A stretch of 64,000 nt of DNA from Candidatus Magasanikbacteria bacterium RIFCSPLOWO2_12_FULL_43_12 (lineage in GTDB: Bacteria > Patescibacteriota > Patescibacteriia > Magasanikbacterales > UBA922). Below are positions 25,036-34,562 of the stretch, one piece after another. The translations under genes and the position numbers were made by a program. Below the pieces are notes generated by a model that was not told where the DNA came from, searched no databases, and worked only from the letters and a program-made list of their open reading frames with translations. Where the stretch lies: contig MFQN01000003.1 of NCBI GenBank assembly GCA_001783065.1, forward strand, positions 15,314 through 79,313, read 5' to 3'. Numbering within the stretch: the stretch's first letter is position 1; each line of letters starts with the position of its first letter.

Positions 25036-26392
25036 TTTTATATAATTCCGGCATCATCTGGTCAACCGCCTCATTAAGGGAGCGCTTTGACGCGGTATCG
25101 CGCAAACGCTCTGCGGTGTCTCCATTCGCGTAAAGGAGAAAATCAAACGGAGTAGCTGGAACATCCCTCCCCTGATTAGACAACGTGCCAAGAACAAATT
25201 CTCCGCAAAAATAATCGGTGCTAATTGAGGACAGCTGATCAATTTCAATCTGGCCGGCGCCAATCGTTTGCCGTAACGAACGATACGCTTCTTTCATGGC
25301 GGTGAGATAACTAACCTGCAAAAACCCGCCGCCGCAGGACAATCCGTAATAAAAACTCAAAACAATAAAAGTCAAGGCCATGCTCGGCATAATTTCTTTT
25401 TTAAGAATCGCTTCGCGAAGCGCGGTTGGCTCAAGCGCGATTCGGTATTCCCCGTCTTCTGATGCCAGTATTAAACCATCGCGAATCAATCGTTTTCTTC
25501 TGCCGTTCTGAATCGCCCAAAATAATATCGTGCCGCGAGCTGATTCTGAAGAAAATGCGCCGGCAATGCCGTCAAAATATTTTTCAAACGCGCGCAACGC
25601 TGATTCGTCGGTGAGTAAACGGAACAACGCGGTGTCGCGTCCCAAGTGATACGCGAGCAAAAGTTCGTTGACGATATTTTCCTGCTCAAGATAAATAAGA
25701 TTGACCGCCGACTGCCCTGGCATTTTCTTCCAAAGACAATAATTTAGATATGTAATCTGCTCCGAATAAGAACGCGCGGAAAATAATCGCGGCTGTAGAC
25801 AGACATCCCGTGTGATTTCCTTTAATCGCTCTTTGAATCCGATGGAAAAATTTTTATTCTTATCAATCTCCTCAACAATCGCGTCCAAGGTTGATTCCTG
25901 ATAACGCGGCAAAGCAAACACCGGATGCTGGCGATAACGCAGGCTGAAAAAATGCAGACATTCTTTTCCCAAATCGTTATTATGGAAAAAAAATCCGCGC
26001 GGAAAAGAAGAATTATTCAAAGATACTCCGCCAACCGAAAAAACAAAGACGCAATTACGGCCGCGCTGTTCGTTTGCCAACGAACGGACAAAATGGCTGT
26101 TGGAAAAAAACGGATGAGTGAGCGGACCATGATGGTCGGTGGTAGAAGCGCGGTAATTCACGCGCAACTGTTTTATCGCGTCGCCGCTAATCGCTGGATT
26201 AATATATTTATCAATTAAATTTTTCAAAACCGTGAAAAACTCTTCTTGCCGGGCTAATGACACCGGCGGCAATAAACTATCTGCCGTCTCTTTAAAAAAA
26301 TCAAGAAGGGATAGATTTCCCTTCTCATTAAGAATACGTCTAAATATTGGCGTGCGCTGTAAAACTTTATCACGCAGGTCTTTAAAAGTCAT
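24968..26392 (-). CDS. hypothetical protein (475 aa), co-oriented with and overlapping the ATP-grasp gene
   Basis: The ORF-track start at 26464 overlaps tRNA-Ser; the start is taken at MTFKDLRDK (ATG 26390-26392). No recognised domain. Confidence 0.5.
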   Translation of the reverse strand: MTFKDLRDKVLQRTPIFRRILNEKGNLSLLDFFKETADSLLPPVSLARQEEFFTVLKNLIDKYINPAISGDAIKQLRVNYRASTTDHHGPLTHPFFSNSHFVRSLANEQRGRNCVFVFSVGGVSLNNSSFPRGFFFHNNDLGKECLHFFSLRYRQHPVFALPRYQESTLDAIVEEIDKNKNFSIGFKERLKEITRDVCLQPRLFSARSYSEQITYLNYCLWKKMPGQSAVNLIYLEQENIVNELLLAYHLGRDTALFRLLTDESALRAFEKYFDGIAGAFSSESARGTILFWAIQNGRRKRLIRDGLILASEDGEYRIALEPTALREAILKKEIMPSMALTFIVLSFYYGLSCGGGFLQVSYLTAMKEAYRSLRQTIGAGQIEIDQLSSISTDYFCGEFVLGTLSNQGRDVPATPFDFLLYANGDTAERLRDTASKRSLNEAVDQMMPELYKIVYGKATNILPPKFSYEPTLFV

Positions 26393-26414
26393 AATGCGCC
26401 TGGATGTAAAAAAT

Positions 26415-26504
26415 TGGCGGAGAGACAGGGATTCGAACCCTGGGACCCCTTTCGGGGTCAGCACATTAGCAGTGTGCTGCTTTCAGCCGCTCAGCCATCT
26501 CTCC
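26415..26504 (-). tRNA. tRNA-Ser (anticodon GCT), CCA encoded
   Basis: Minus strand GGAGAGA TG GCT GAGCGGCTGAA AGC A GCACA CTGCTAA TGTGC TGACCCCGAAAGGGGTCC CAGGG TTCGAAT CCCTG TCTCTCC G CCA; long variable arm, G73. Confidence 0.9.
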
Positions 26505-26551
26505 GTTGGTCGTTAGTTTATACCAATTTAAACCAAGAGTCAAGACGCTCG

Positions 26552-27256
26552 CTACCCCCTCGCCACGCTAAACCCAATCACTCTTTTAACGCCGGAGGAT
26601 TTCAATACTCGCGCGCATTCTTGCATGGTCGCGCCGGTAGTGAAAACGTCGTCAACTAATAAAACCGCGTTTGCCCGAAAATCGCTATTAACAAACGCGT
26701 GGTGGACATTTAATTGCCGTTCTTCACGAGAAAGCTTGGCTTGCTGTAAAGTATAACGATCTCGCTTTAACAAATCAACCACCGGCCGGCCGATTTTCTG
26801 ACCTAAAATATCTGCCAACAGGCGCGCCTGATTGAATCCTCGTTCCGCAAAACGCCTGCGATGCAGAGGCACCGGAACAATCAAATCTATTTCTGACAAA
26901 ACTCCAAGCTGATGAATTAAAAATCCGTCAATCATTTTCGCGAACACGGCGATAATCTCTTCGGCATAATTATACTTTAGTGCCTTGATTAATTTCCCAA
27001 CCAAGTTCTCTTCTTGATAAACTGCGATCGCCACTGCTCTATCTAAACAAGACTGTGGCTGACAAACAGCGCAACAAGCGCCATTCCCATTCGGCCGATA
27101 ACAAACCGGACAATAAAATACACCGCGCAAATCTATTTTGCCAAAACAATCCGCGCAAACCCATTCTCCCTCCTTATCGCAACCCAGACAAAAAATGGGA
27201 AATAAGCAATCTTTACTTATCTGCAAAATTTTTGAAACAGCAGTCTTTGTCGCCAT
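26552..27256 (-). CDS. comFC: competence protein ComF (phosphoribosyltransferase-type with N-terminal zinc ribbon)
   Basis: Cys pairs C..C...C..C in CLFPIFCLGCDKEGEWVCADCF... and CPVCYRPNGNGACCAVC; PRTase motif ...AVLLVDDVFTTGATMQE...; 234 aa. Confidence 0.8.
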   Translation of the reverse strand: MATKTAVSKILQISKDCLFPIFCLGCDKEGEWVCADCFGKIDLRGVFYCPVCYRPNGNGACCAVCQPQSCLDRAVAIAVYQEENLVGKLIKALKYNYAEEIIAVFAKMIDGFLIHQLGVLSEIDLIVPVPLHRRRFAERGFNQARLLADILGQKIGRPVVDLLKRDRYTLQQAKLSREERQLNVHHAFVNSDFRANAVLLVDDVFTTGATMQECARVLKSSGVKRVIGFSVARG

Positions 27257-27308
27257 ACATACAAAAAGAGGTCGAGCCTCTTTTTAGCAAATATATTCTT
27301 AACAAAAA

Positions 27309-27358
27309 TTAGTATACATTAGTATCATTAGTACTCTATTCGTATATTAGTATTTTAA
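27309..27358. repeat. TAGTAT-rich ~45-nt repeat, copy 1 (CATTAGTATCATTAGTACTCTATTCGTATATTAGTATTTTAATTAGTATCCC)
   Basis: Nearly identical to 28046-28097 and, in reverse complement, to 30008-30052. Confidence 0.75.
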
Positions 27359-27960
27359 TTAGTATCCCAATAAAACCCACCCACCTTCCACTCTCCGCCT
27401 GCATCAACCAAATCAACCGTACCGGACCGATATGCAGTTTCCTGCTTATCAGCGTTGCTTTTAATCTGCTGTGTATCTACTTTGACTGACGCGCTGTTAT
27501 CAGAAATATTTGATAAGCTCGCGGCAATCACTTTCGTTGTTACACCCTGATACTCCGCCGCGGTTTTAATTTTTTGCGTTTCAATCCATTTGCCCATCGG
27601 TGATGTGGCTAAAATCAAAACATCATCAATATGCGTGTTGTCATTCTGGTTTGAAAAAGTGGTAAATCTTTCCACAAATAATCTGGCGATTTGTTTGGCG
27701 TAAATCTCGCGCGACTTTTCCACTGGAACAAAAACCTCCGGCTCTTTCGCGGGCGGTAAAACCGCCCCGCCGCCAGCCGGCGCGGAAGAACCGCCGGGCA
27801 ACGTTGCTGTGGTTTCCGCTGTGGTCTCTCCAGTCAACGGCGCCGCCACTTCTACCGCTTTTTTCTTATTTAAAACAAAATAAAACAGCAGAGTGAAAGC
27901 TAAGATAAAACCTATTCCAAGACTCAAGATAATAAAGATTCTTTTACGAAGGTCTAACAT
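27355..27960 (-). CDS. hypothetical exported/membrane-anchored protein (N-terminal TM, Ala/Gly/Thr-rich linker)
   Basis: 201 aa; IFIILSLGIGFILAFTLLFYFVL then TAETTATLPGGSSAPAGGGAVLPPAKEPE low-complexity segment. Confidence 0.55.
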   Translation of the reverse strand: MLDLRKRIFIILSLGIGFILAFTLLFYFVLNKKKAVEVAAPLTGETTAETTATLPGGSSAPAGGGAVLPPAKEPEVFVPVEKSREIYAKQIARLFVERFTTFSNQNDNTHIDDVLILATSPMGKWIETQKIKTAAEYQGVTTKVIAASLSNISDNSASVKVDTQQIKSNADKQETAYRSGTVDLVDAGGEWKVGGFYWDTN

Positions 27961-28039
27961 ATACCAATATACTAATTTACTAATTATACAAATGCTATAC
28001 CAATGTACTTTGAAGTTTCTTAATATTAAATACTTTCTT

Positions 28040-28097
28040 TATCAAGATTAGTATAGCATTAGTATCATTAGTACTCAATTCGTATATTAGTATTTTA
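28040..28097. repeat. TAGTAT-rich repeat, copy 2 (direct), immediately downstream of virB4
   Basis: ttagtatagcattagtatcattagtactcaattcgtatattagtattttatta. Confidence 0.75.
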
Positions 28098-30002
28098 TTA
28101 CCCTATATCCAAATCTTGGTTGCCGCCCTGCCGTCCGCCCATCTGCGCCTCAAACTCTTTCTTCGCCTTTTCAATAGCCATAAGTTGCGCCGGGTCGGAA
28201 GTAATCAGCTGGTCTTCGGTGTAAGACGCGATGACTTTAATCGCGGCGCGTTTTAGACCGGCAAAGAAAATTCCTTCGCCAACCGCGCTTTCCAACAATA
28301 AATATTTCTCGCCTTCGGTCAGCATAAAAGTTTTTTGGATAATATCAACCGCGGCCGGCAACTGGCGCAAAAGAAGCTGCAAGGCCGAATTGGTGACGAT
28401 TGAATGGCCATATTGCGACTGCAAAAAGTCATTAACATCCTGCGTAATCGTGGTAACGCCCAAATAATACTTGCGGCATCTTTTGACCAACGCGTAAATA
28501 AACTTCGCGCTGTCCTCATGCGTCATCAACCACCACGCTTCATCAATAATCAGCAAACGTTTTTTCCGCTCGCTCCGAACGATATTCCAAACATAATTAA
28601 CCAAACTATAAATCGCCATCGGACGCAACTCATCTTCCAGATCGCGCACGCTGAACACCACCAACTGATTGTTCATGTTAACGTTGGTCGGCGAATTAAA
28701 CAATCCGGAAAAAGTGCCTTCCGTGTATTTTTTAAGCTTCAAAACCATTGTCTGCGCCCCCTCCATTCCTTCCAAAACATCAAGCAAGTCCTGCATTATT
28801 GGCGGTTCAACCGTGGCTAAGTTAGAACTGGGCGTAATATCTTTTTTCGCGTAGGTCTCTCGCAGCGCCTGATCCATCACCGAATCTTCCAGCGCGCTTA
28901 AAGAACCAAACATAATTCTTATCAAGCCCTTTGAAGTAATTATCGCGCTTCTAATCACGTCCTCGGTGGAAATCTGCTGGCCGACCGGCCGCGGCAAATC
29001 AAAAGGATTAACTTTGCTTTCCGATGCCAAAGAAATATTAACATAAGTGCCGCCGACCGCTTCGCATAAGTGCTGATATTCCATTTCCGGGTCTATGATA
29101 ATAATGTCAGTGCCCATCATCAAACTGCGCAAGACTTCCAATTTTACCGCGTATGATTTTCCGGCGCCGGAGGTGGCAAAAACAACCATGTTGGCATTTT
29201 GCAAACTGAATCTGTCAAACAAAATCAGACTGTTATTATGCTGATTAATGCCGTACAAAATGCCATTATCGCTCGTCAATTCCGCGGACATAAACGGAAA
29301 CGACGCGGCAATCGGCGATGAATTCATGTTAAAAGCAATGTTTAATTCGTCAACGCATAAAGGCATGGTGGAGTTAAATCCCTGTTCAGCTTGAAACAAC
29401 ACGTGTTTGCTGTAAATCAATCGCGCGCCAAAAACATTTTCAATATCTTCCGTCATTTTATTCAACTCATCAACCGACTTGGCGTATAAAGTAACATAAA
29501 AAGCGAATTGAAAAAAATGTTCCGTACCCTGCGTTAAATCATCGCGCAGTTGCTCAATGTCGCGCAAAGCGGTTTCGCGCAAAGGATCGCGCGCCGCGCC
29601 TTTTTCCGCGTCCGCGCTAATCTGCGCTTCCAGCACGCCGACTTTCTTTTTTAATTGCTTTAAAATAATCGCCGAATTGATCGGATAAAAAAACATTGAG
29701 GTGTCCATCGTGGCGTTAAAATTCAAAATTGGCGCGCTCCAGCCCACGGCGATATAGCGCGGGTAAGTAATGGCAAAAATCGTGCGCAAAAAAGTCTCGC
29801 CAAGCTGGATGAAATTTGATTCAACCCGAAAGGCGGACGGCGCGATTAGATCGCGGATCGCCACCGTGCCTTCGCGGTAAACGCGCTCTTCTTCCAGAGA
29901 AATCAATTCCTCCCGCACTTCTTTCTTTTTCTTTTCCGCTTCTTCTTGGGACTTCGCGCTGCCGAGAAATTTCTTGTCAATTGTGGTCGGCTTAAATGGC
30001 AT
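28098..30002 (-). CDS. virB4: VirB4/TrbE-family type IV secretion ATPase
   Basis: Walker A ...VVFATSGAGKSYAVKLEV...; Walker B/DE ...LLIIDEAWWL...; 634 aa; overall VirB4/CagE layout. Confidence 0.85.
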   Translation of the reverse strand: MPFKPTTIDKKFLGSAKSQEEAEKKKKEVREELISLEEERVYREGTVAIRDLIAPSAFRVESNFIQLGETFLRTIFAITYPRYIAVGWSAPILNFNATMDTSMFFYPINSAIILKQLKKKVGVLEAQISADAEKGAARDPLRETALRDIEQLRDDLTQGTEHFFQFAFYVTLYAKSVDELNKMTEDIENVFGARLIYSKHVLFQAEQGFNSTMPLCVDELNIAFNMNSSPIAASFPFMSAELTSDNGILYGINQHNNSLILFDRFSLQNANMVVFATSGAGKSYAVKLEVLRSLMMGTDIIIIDPEMEYQHLCEAVGGTYVNISLASESKVNPFDLPRPVGQQISTEDVIRSAIITSKGLIRIMFGSLSALEDSVMDQALRETYAKKDITPSSNLATVEPPIMQDLLDVLEGMEGAQTMVLKLKKYTEGTFSGLFNSPTNVNMNNQLVVFSVRDLEDELRPMAIYSLVNYVWNIVRSERKKRLLIIDEAWWLMTHEDSAKFIYALVKRCRKYYLGVTTITQDVNDFLQSQYGHSIVTNSALQLLLRQLPAAVDIIQKTFMLTEGEKYLLLESAVGEGIFFAGLKRAAIKVIASYTEDQLITSDPAQLMAIEKAKKEFEAQMGGRQGGNQDLDIG

Positions 30003-30003
30003 A

Positions 30004-30120
30004 ATTCATAATACTAATATACGAATAGAGTACTAAATGATACTAATGGATACAAATATTTAGCATCAGAGGGTATTAGTATTCATTAGTATCATTAGTA
30101 AATTAGTATATTGGTATGTT
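30004..30120. repeat. TAGTAT-rich repeat copies 3-4 (inverted relative to copies 1-2), immediately upstream of virB4
   Basis: 30008-30052 is the reverse complement of the 27313-27355 core; 30070-30118 is a degenerate direct copy (tattagtattcattagtatcattagtaaattagtatattggtatg). Confidence 0.7.
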
Positions 30121-30123
30121 AAA

Positions 30124-30804
30124 CTATTCTATTTGCAACTGTTCAATCGGCTGAAGCTGTTCCGCCAATGAGATATCCGGATTGTAGCTGGAATAAAATA
30201 ATTCAATCGCCGCTTGGGTGTCCAACTGAACTACTTCCAACCCCATGCCCTGCAAACCGGAAAACACCTGCCGCAAACGCATATTTAAATCCTCTTGACG
30301 CTGTTTGAACCGCTCTTCTTTTAAACGCACGCTCAAGGCCGGTTTCAACACTTCTTTAAACTTCGTCCAAAAAGATTTTCTCTTGTTGGAAAGCGGGTCA
30401 TACGGCACCACCACATAAAAACGCTTGGTCATTATCTGTCCCATCTGTATCAACTCCTGAATAAACGAACGATAGTCCGCGGTTTGGATGCGCAAAAGCT
30501 CGTTCGGCTGCTCTTTTTCCAGTTGGATTAATTTTTCCACGTATGGCTTAATCTGCAACTTGCGCGATTGTATTACTATTTGCAAAGGAAAATCCAACGA
30601 ATTTAGAAAACTCACATACGAAGAAATCAAAGCGTTCTGCTCATCTTCCGATTTTAACGCAAAATTGATGCTGGAAGTCATCAGCACCGCGCGCAAAGTT
30701 CCGTCTTTCAAAATTATCGCGCCGTCTTTTATTTCCGCGATTGGCAAGTGCGTCTGCGTGGACGGCTTGCCAGACTTTTTCTTTTTTACCTTTTCGTTTT
30801 TCAT
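30124..30804 (-). CDS. hypothetical protein (226 aa, Lys-rich N-terminus), T4SS-cluster component
   Basis: Lies between the PrgI-like gene and virB4 with a 2-nt gap to the upstream gene; no recognisable domain. Confidence 0.5.
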   Translation of the reverse strand: MKNEKVKKKKSGKPSTQTHLPIAEIKDGAIILKDGTLRAVLMTSSINFALKSEDEQNALISSYVSFLNSLDFPLQIVIQSRKLQIKPYVEKLIQLEKEQPNELLRIQTADYRSFIQELIQMGQIMTKRFYVVVPYDPLSNKRKSFWTKFKEVLKPALSVRLKEERFKQRQEDLNMRLRQVFSGLQGMGLEVVQLDTQAAIELFYSSYNPDISLAEQLQPIEQLQIE

Positions 30805-30805
30805 A

Positions 30806-31249
30806 TTACTCCTCCGGCCGATAAAACCCGCCGGTATTCACAATTAAAGCCAAATCCCTGATATGCTCGCTCCGCGCCGCTTTTCTCTCTTCTTTTTCTT
30901 CAATCTCCGGCGGTTCTTGCAAACGCAGATAATTTAATTCGTCTTTATCATAATTTTTCCGCCAAACACGCAAGCCCGGACGGCGGACGGTTTGCAATAA
31001 ATTTAAAATAAAATAATGAAATGTTTGACCGTTAATTTTTACAAAGGCCACGATTAGCGACCCGCCGCCAACCACCGCCAAAGTTGTGATGAATAAAGCG
31101 AAATCAGCGTATTTGAAAGCAAGGAAAACCAACAGTCCGGACGTGAGCAGAATTAAAAACTGCCGCACCGTTATCGGCCCGAAAATCTTGTCTTCCACGT
31201 CAATGAATTGCGGGACTACAAATTGTTGCATAGCCAATTTAACAATCAA
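30806..31249 (-). CDS. PrgI/TcpE-like (VirB3-analogous) small membrane protein
   Basis: 147 aa; ...QFVVPQFIDVEDKIFGPITVRQFLILLTSGLLVFLAF... plus a second TM helix. Both the position upstream of virB4 and the motif are characteristic of Gram-positive-type PrgI. Confidence 0.55.
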   Translation of the reverse strand: MIVKLAMQQFVVPQFIDVEDKIFGPITVRQFLILLTSGLLVFLAFKYADFALFITTLAVVGGGSLIVAFVKINGQTFHYFILNLLQTVRRPGLRVWRKNYDKDELNYLRLQEPPEIEEKEERKAARSEHIRDLALIVNTGGFYRPEE

Positions 31250-32502
31250 ATTGTCTTTCCAACCTCCGCTATTCTTTCAAACTCTTCAAATTTAATTCCA
31301 CTCTCTCCCACAACTTCCGTTAGTTTCCTCCTCTCATTCACCGCGCGCTTAATTAAATTCTGATAATCTTTATACACCGGGCTGCTAAACCACGCATCCA
31401 GCGCCTGAAGATATATTATAACAGATTCTTTCCTTAAAGCCGAGAACTTACCGCGCAAAACCTGAATTGAATCAATCCCGCCGGTCGCCAAACGGCGGAA
31501 ATCTGTCAAAGTCATTGTCGCGATCTCATCAATCGGCCCCAGGGAAACTTTCTCCGCCGGTTCAACTTTCGGCGGCACAACATCTTGAACCAACGGTTTG
31601 GTGTTAATCCCCAACACCTCCCCTGCCCTCCTCCGAGGAGGGAGCTTGTTAGCCACACCATCGGATCCGCCTGCCGGCGATACAGAGAAAGTCTGTGAGT
31701 GTATCCTAACACCTCCATCGCCCTCCTCCGAGGAGGGAATTTTTGAGCTCCCATCTCGGAGAGGGGTAGGCCTTCGAGGCTCTAAGGAGCCCTCAGGCTC
31801 TCGAAGAGGGGGTGTGTTCGCCAAATGCCAAATTTTTTTTATCGCCGCGATCACCGCAGCTGTTTGTTCTTCAGAAAATCCCAACCCGCCTTCCGCCTCG
31901 TTTCTTTGCAAATACCCGCGCATTTGCTCTTCATTCCTCACTCCCTTTACAAAAGACACGACCAACGAATTCAATCTCCCTCTCATTTCATCTTTAACCG
32001 GAAATCTGATTTCTTTTACAAACAAATCATACAAATCACCTCTCTTGTCAGGCAAAACATTTACTGCTTTAATTTTCATCGCTTCATCAGCAGAATCTTC
32101 CAACAACGACTTATTATCCTCTCTCGTCCACGCTTTCACCTCACTATTTTTCTGTTTCTTGTTATCTGTCTCCTGCATTATATCGTCAACTCTTTGGGTT
32201 TTGTTAATTGTGTTTTGTGTTTTGCTCTTCACTGTTCGCACATACTTCGCTTCATCCACAAAAATATCCTTCACCGGCGCCGCCGTCGCTACCGCTTCCT
32301 CGCCAATCTTCGCCGGCAGATTTGACCCCAGCTCTCGGACTTCAGCTTTCGGATTTATGATTTTAGGTTTAGCAATCTCAACACTCGCCGATTGAGTTTT
32401 GTTAATTGTGTTTTGTGTTCTGTACACGCCAAACTCATCCCAACTCATCCTTACGGACGTGCCGTCGGATTTTTTGACGAGGATTGTGGGTTGATTGGGC
32501 AT
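31246..32502 (-). CDS. hypothetical protein (418 aa) carrying in-frame GC-rich palindromic insertions
   Basis: Starts MPNQPTILVKKSDG (shared 5' module). Internal TQNTINKTQ duplication. The segment ...VANKLPPRRRAGEVLG... is encoded by CCTCCTCCGAGGAGGG palindromes. Confidence 0.55.
   Translation of the reverse strand: MPNQPTILVKKSDGTSVRMSWDEFGVYRTQNTINKTQSASVEIAKPKIINPKAEVRELGSNLPAKIGEEAVATAAPVKDIFVDEAKYVRTVKSKTQNTINKTQRVDDIMQETDNKKQKNSEVKAWTREDNKSLLEDSADEAMKIKAVNVLPDKRGDLYDLFVKEIRFPVKDEMRGRLNSLVVSFVKGVRNEEQMRGYLQRNEAEGGLGFSEEQTAAVIAAIKKIWHLANTPPLREPEGSLEPRRPTPLRDGSSKIPSSEEGDGGVRIHSQTFSVSPAGGSDGVANKLPPRRRAGEVLGINTKPLVQDVVPPKVEPAEKVSLGPIDEIATMTLTDFRRLATGGIDSIQVLRGKFSALRKESVIIYLQALDAWFSSPVYKDYQNLIKRAVNERRKLTEVVGESGIKFEEFERIAEVGKTI
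31601..31812. repeat. GC-rich palindromic element cluster, copy 5 (CCCTCCTCCGAGGAGGG x2, CCCATCTCGGAGAGGGG, GGCTCTCGAAGAGGGGG), in frame within the 31246..32502 gene
   Basis: ctcccctgccctcctccgaggagggag ... cgccctcctccgaggagggaa ... cccatctcggagagggg ... ggctctcgaagagggggtg. Confidence 0.7.
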
Positions 32503-32505
32503 AGA
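32463..32505. repeat. conserved ~40-nt 5' module (reverse strand ATGCCCAATCAACCCACAATCCTCGTCAAAAAATCCGAC, encoding MPNQPTILVKKSD), copy 1
   Basis: Also at 33928-33976 and 34563-34610 with 3-5 substitutions. Confidence 0.7.
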
Positions 32506-33744
32506 TTAAAGCTCCCAAGGATAAATGCAGTGTTCATCTTTTTTCTTTCCTTCTAAACCAACCACCTTATAGTCTTTGGCTTTGTATTTCTTGCAAAATG
32601 AATTTACGGCATTGCTTTTAAAATTTCTAAAATTTGTTTTCACCTCTATCGGCAAAAGAGACGCGCGCAAATCTAAAACAAAATCAACTTCCGCGTGCCT
32701 GTGTGTCCGCCAAAAATGTATGCGCTCGCGTCCATATTTTTTTACGAGCTCGGCAAAAACGCTGGTTTCAAACAGATCGCCGCTAATCCTAGCGCTCAGT
32801 TCCTTATAACGCAATACCTGCAACAAACCTGTATCATAAAAAAATATTTTAGGAGCCTTTGACACCTCAACATTGGCGCTATGGCTAAACGGATGGACAA
32901 ATTTTATAATATACGTGTTCTCTAAAATTGATAGATACTGTTCAACTGTCTGCGCCGCCAAACCTATTGTGCTTGCCGTGGCAGATACGCTTAAAAGCTG
33001 TCCGCTCTGTGCCGCCAAAACTTTCAATAAGTTATTAAACTTTTCTATCTCCACAATATTAGCCAAATCTCTTATGTCTTTCCGCACATAAGTGTCAATT
33101 ATAATCTGCAAATATTTTTCTTTTATTTCTATTGAATCTTGCAAAACAATTTTCGGATATCCGCCATAAAAAACATATTCGCGATACATACGGATGACAT
33201 CTTCAAAAATCGGCCCTTTGCCAAGTTTAGACACCTGTTCCAAGTTATAGTTAATGTTTTTAAACCTCAAGAACTCGCTGAACGATAAATTAAAAACTTC
33301 AAAGTTGACTATCCTGCCAACGAGCGAATCACTAAATTTATTCTTAATATCAAAACTGGACGAACCTGACACAATTAGCTTTAGATACTTATGATGATCT
33401 GCCAACAATTTCAAAAAAGACGACGGTTTCTTAAGATTCTGTATCTCATCTATAAAGACAAATAATTTTTTATCCGACCGGCTTAACTCTCCCCAATCAA
33501 ATCCAGCCCCTTCAAGATAAGATAAAAAATTTTCCACGCCAGCGTCAAGGATGTCTGTTTTTCTTGAATCCTCAAGATCAAAAAAGTATGTTTTTTCACC
33601 GGCCGCATTCAGCTGATCTTGCAAATAGAGCATTATGGATGTTTTTCCAACTTGTCTTGCGCCATGTAACACCAAAACATCGTCTATATTGATATACTTC
33701 AAAATTTCATCTAAAATATCACGTTTTATCAAGTTTTTTGTCAT
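32506..33744 (-). CDS. AAA+ ATPase of the COG1373/DUF4143 type
   Basis: P-loop ...LHGARQVGKTSIML...; DEIQ Walker B ...VFIDEIQNL...; 412 aa; C-terminal region typical of DUF4143 ATPases. Confidence 0.75.
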   Translation of the reverse strand: MTKNLIKRDILDEILKYINIDDVLVLHGARQVGKTSIMLYLQDQLNAAGEKTYFFDLEDSRKTDILDAGVENFLSYLEGAGFDWGELSRSDKKLFVFIDEIQNLKKPSSFLKLLADHHKYLKLIVSGSSSFDIKNKFSDSLVGRIVNFEVFNLSFSEFLRFKNINYNLEQVSKLGKGPIFEDVIRMYREYVFYGGYPKIVLQDSIEIKEKYLQIIIDTYVRKDIRDLANIVEIEKFNNLLKVLAAQSGQLLSVSATASTIGLAAQTVEQYLSILENTYIIKFVHPFSHSANVEVSKAPKIFFYDTGLLQVLRYKELSARISGDLFETSVFAELVKKYGRERIHFWRTHRHAEVDFVLDLRASLLPIEVKTNFRNFKSNAVNSFCKKYKAKDYKVVGLEGKKKDEHCIYPWEL

Positions 33745-33927
33745 AAGTGTATGTATTTCTAAACTGCACTTTCATTTTACCATACCTTTATTTCAAAGTC
33801 AAGTTTAACTTTACCTTATGATTTTTTTACACCATACTCCCATTTTATCTGGCCTTTTTCTATCACCACACTGCCATTTAACCGCATTTTTACACCTTTT
33901 GGCTGTGTTAAGCGGAAAATAAGTTGT

Positions 33928-33976
33928 AATTGTTGGATTTTTTACGAGAATTGTGGGTTGGTTTGATGGCATAATG
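33928..33976. repeat. MPxxPTILVK 5' module, copy 2 (intergenic, 190 nt upstream of the ATPase gene)
   Basis: Reverse strand atgccatcaaaccaacccacaattctcgtaaaaaatcc. Confidence 0.65.
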
Positions 33977-34058
33977 TTATCCACTTGACAAATGAATTGA
34001 TCTACTTTATACTTTAGGTAGTATTACTAGAAAAGAGCACTTCTTAATGGTTTCGTCC

Positions 34059-34559
34059 TTAAGCGGTGCTTTTTTTATACTCTAGCTTTCCGCGCAAATT
34101 TTCCATAAAAAATATTTTCTCTTTTGCGTGTTGTCTCAACAGTCCGGAGCACCTTTTGTAATTCGGGCTTAATACTGCCAATAATTTCCTTTTTCCGTAC
34201 AGGTATCTAACCAAAGAATAAAAATCGCCGTCGCTTGTTACTACCAATGCCTTATCAAATTTTTCTAATTCTATCATCACCTGAAGCACCAAATCAGCAT
34301 CAACATTTCCTTTCAAATCACCATTTCCATCAGGAATAGTCGGCTTAAATATTAAAATAAAACCCGCCTCTTGTAATTTATTATACAAGTCTTGATTGCC
34401 GCTGACAAAACCAATAAATAAATACGCTCTCTCAATATGATATTTCTCTTTTAAATATCGTCTGAATCTTTTGTAATCTAATTTCCACCCTAAACTCAAA
34501 ATCCCTAAATGCAGATTCTGACTGTCAATAAACGCGTAATTGTTTCCTATTTTTGGCAT
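34059..34559 (-). CDS. NYN-domain (LabA-like PIN) protein
   Basis: ...NYAFIDSQNLHLGI..., ...AYLFIGFVSGNQDLYNKLQEAGFILIF..., ...NVDADLVLQVMIE...ALVVTSDGDFYSLVRYL...; the start is taken at MPKIGNN because the ORF-track N-terminus is translation of the repeat module in another frame. Confidence 0.7.
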   Translation of the reverse strand: MPKIGNNYAFIDSQNLHLGILSLGWKLDYKRFRRYLKEKYHIERAYLFIGFVSGNQDLYNKLQEAGFILIFKPTIPDGNGDLKGNVDADLVLQVMIELEKFDKALVVTSDGDFYSLVRYLYGKRKLLAVLSPNYKRCSGLLRQHAKEKIFFMENLRGKLEYKKSTA

Positions 34560-34562
34560 ATG

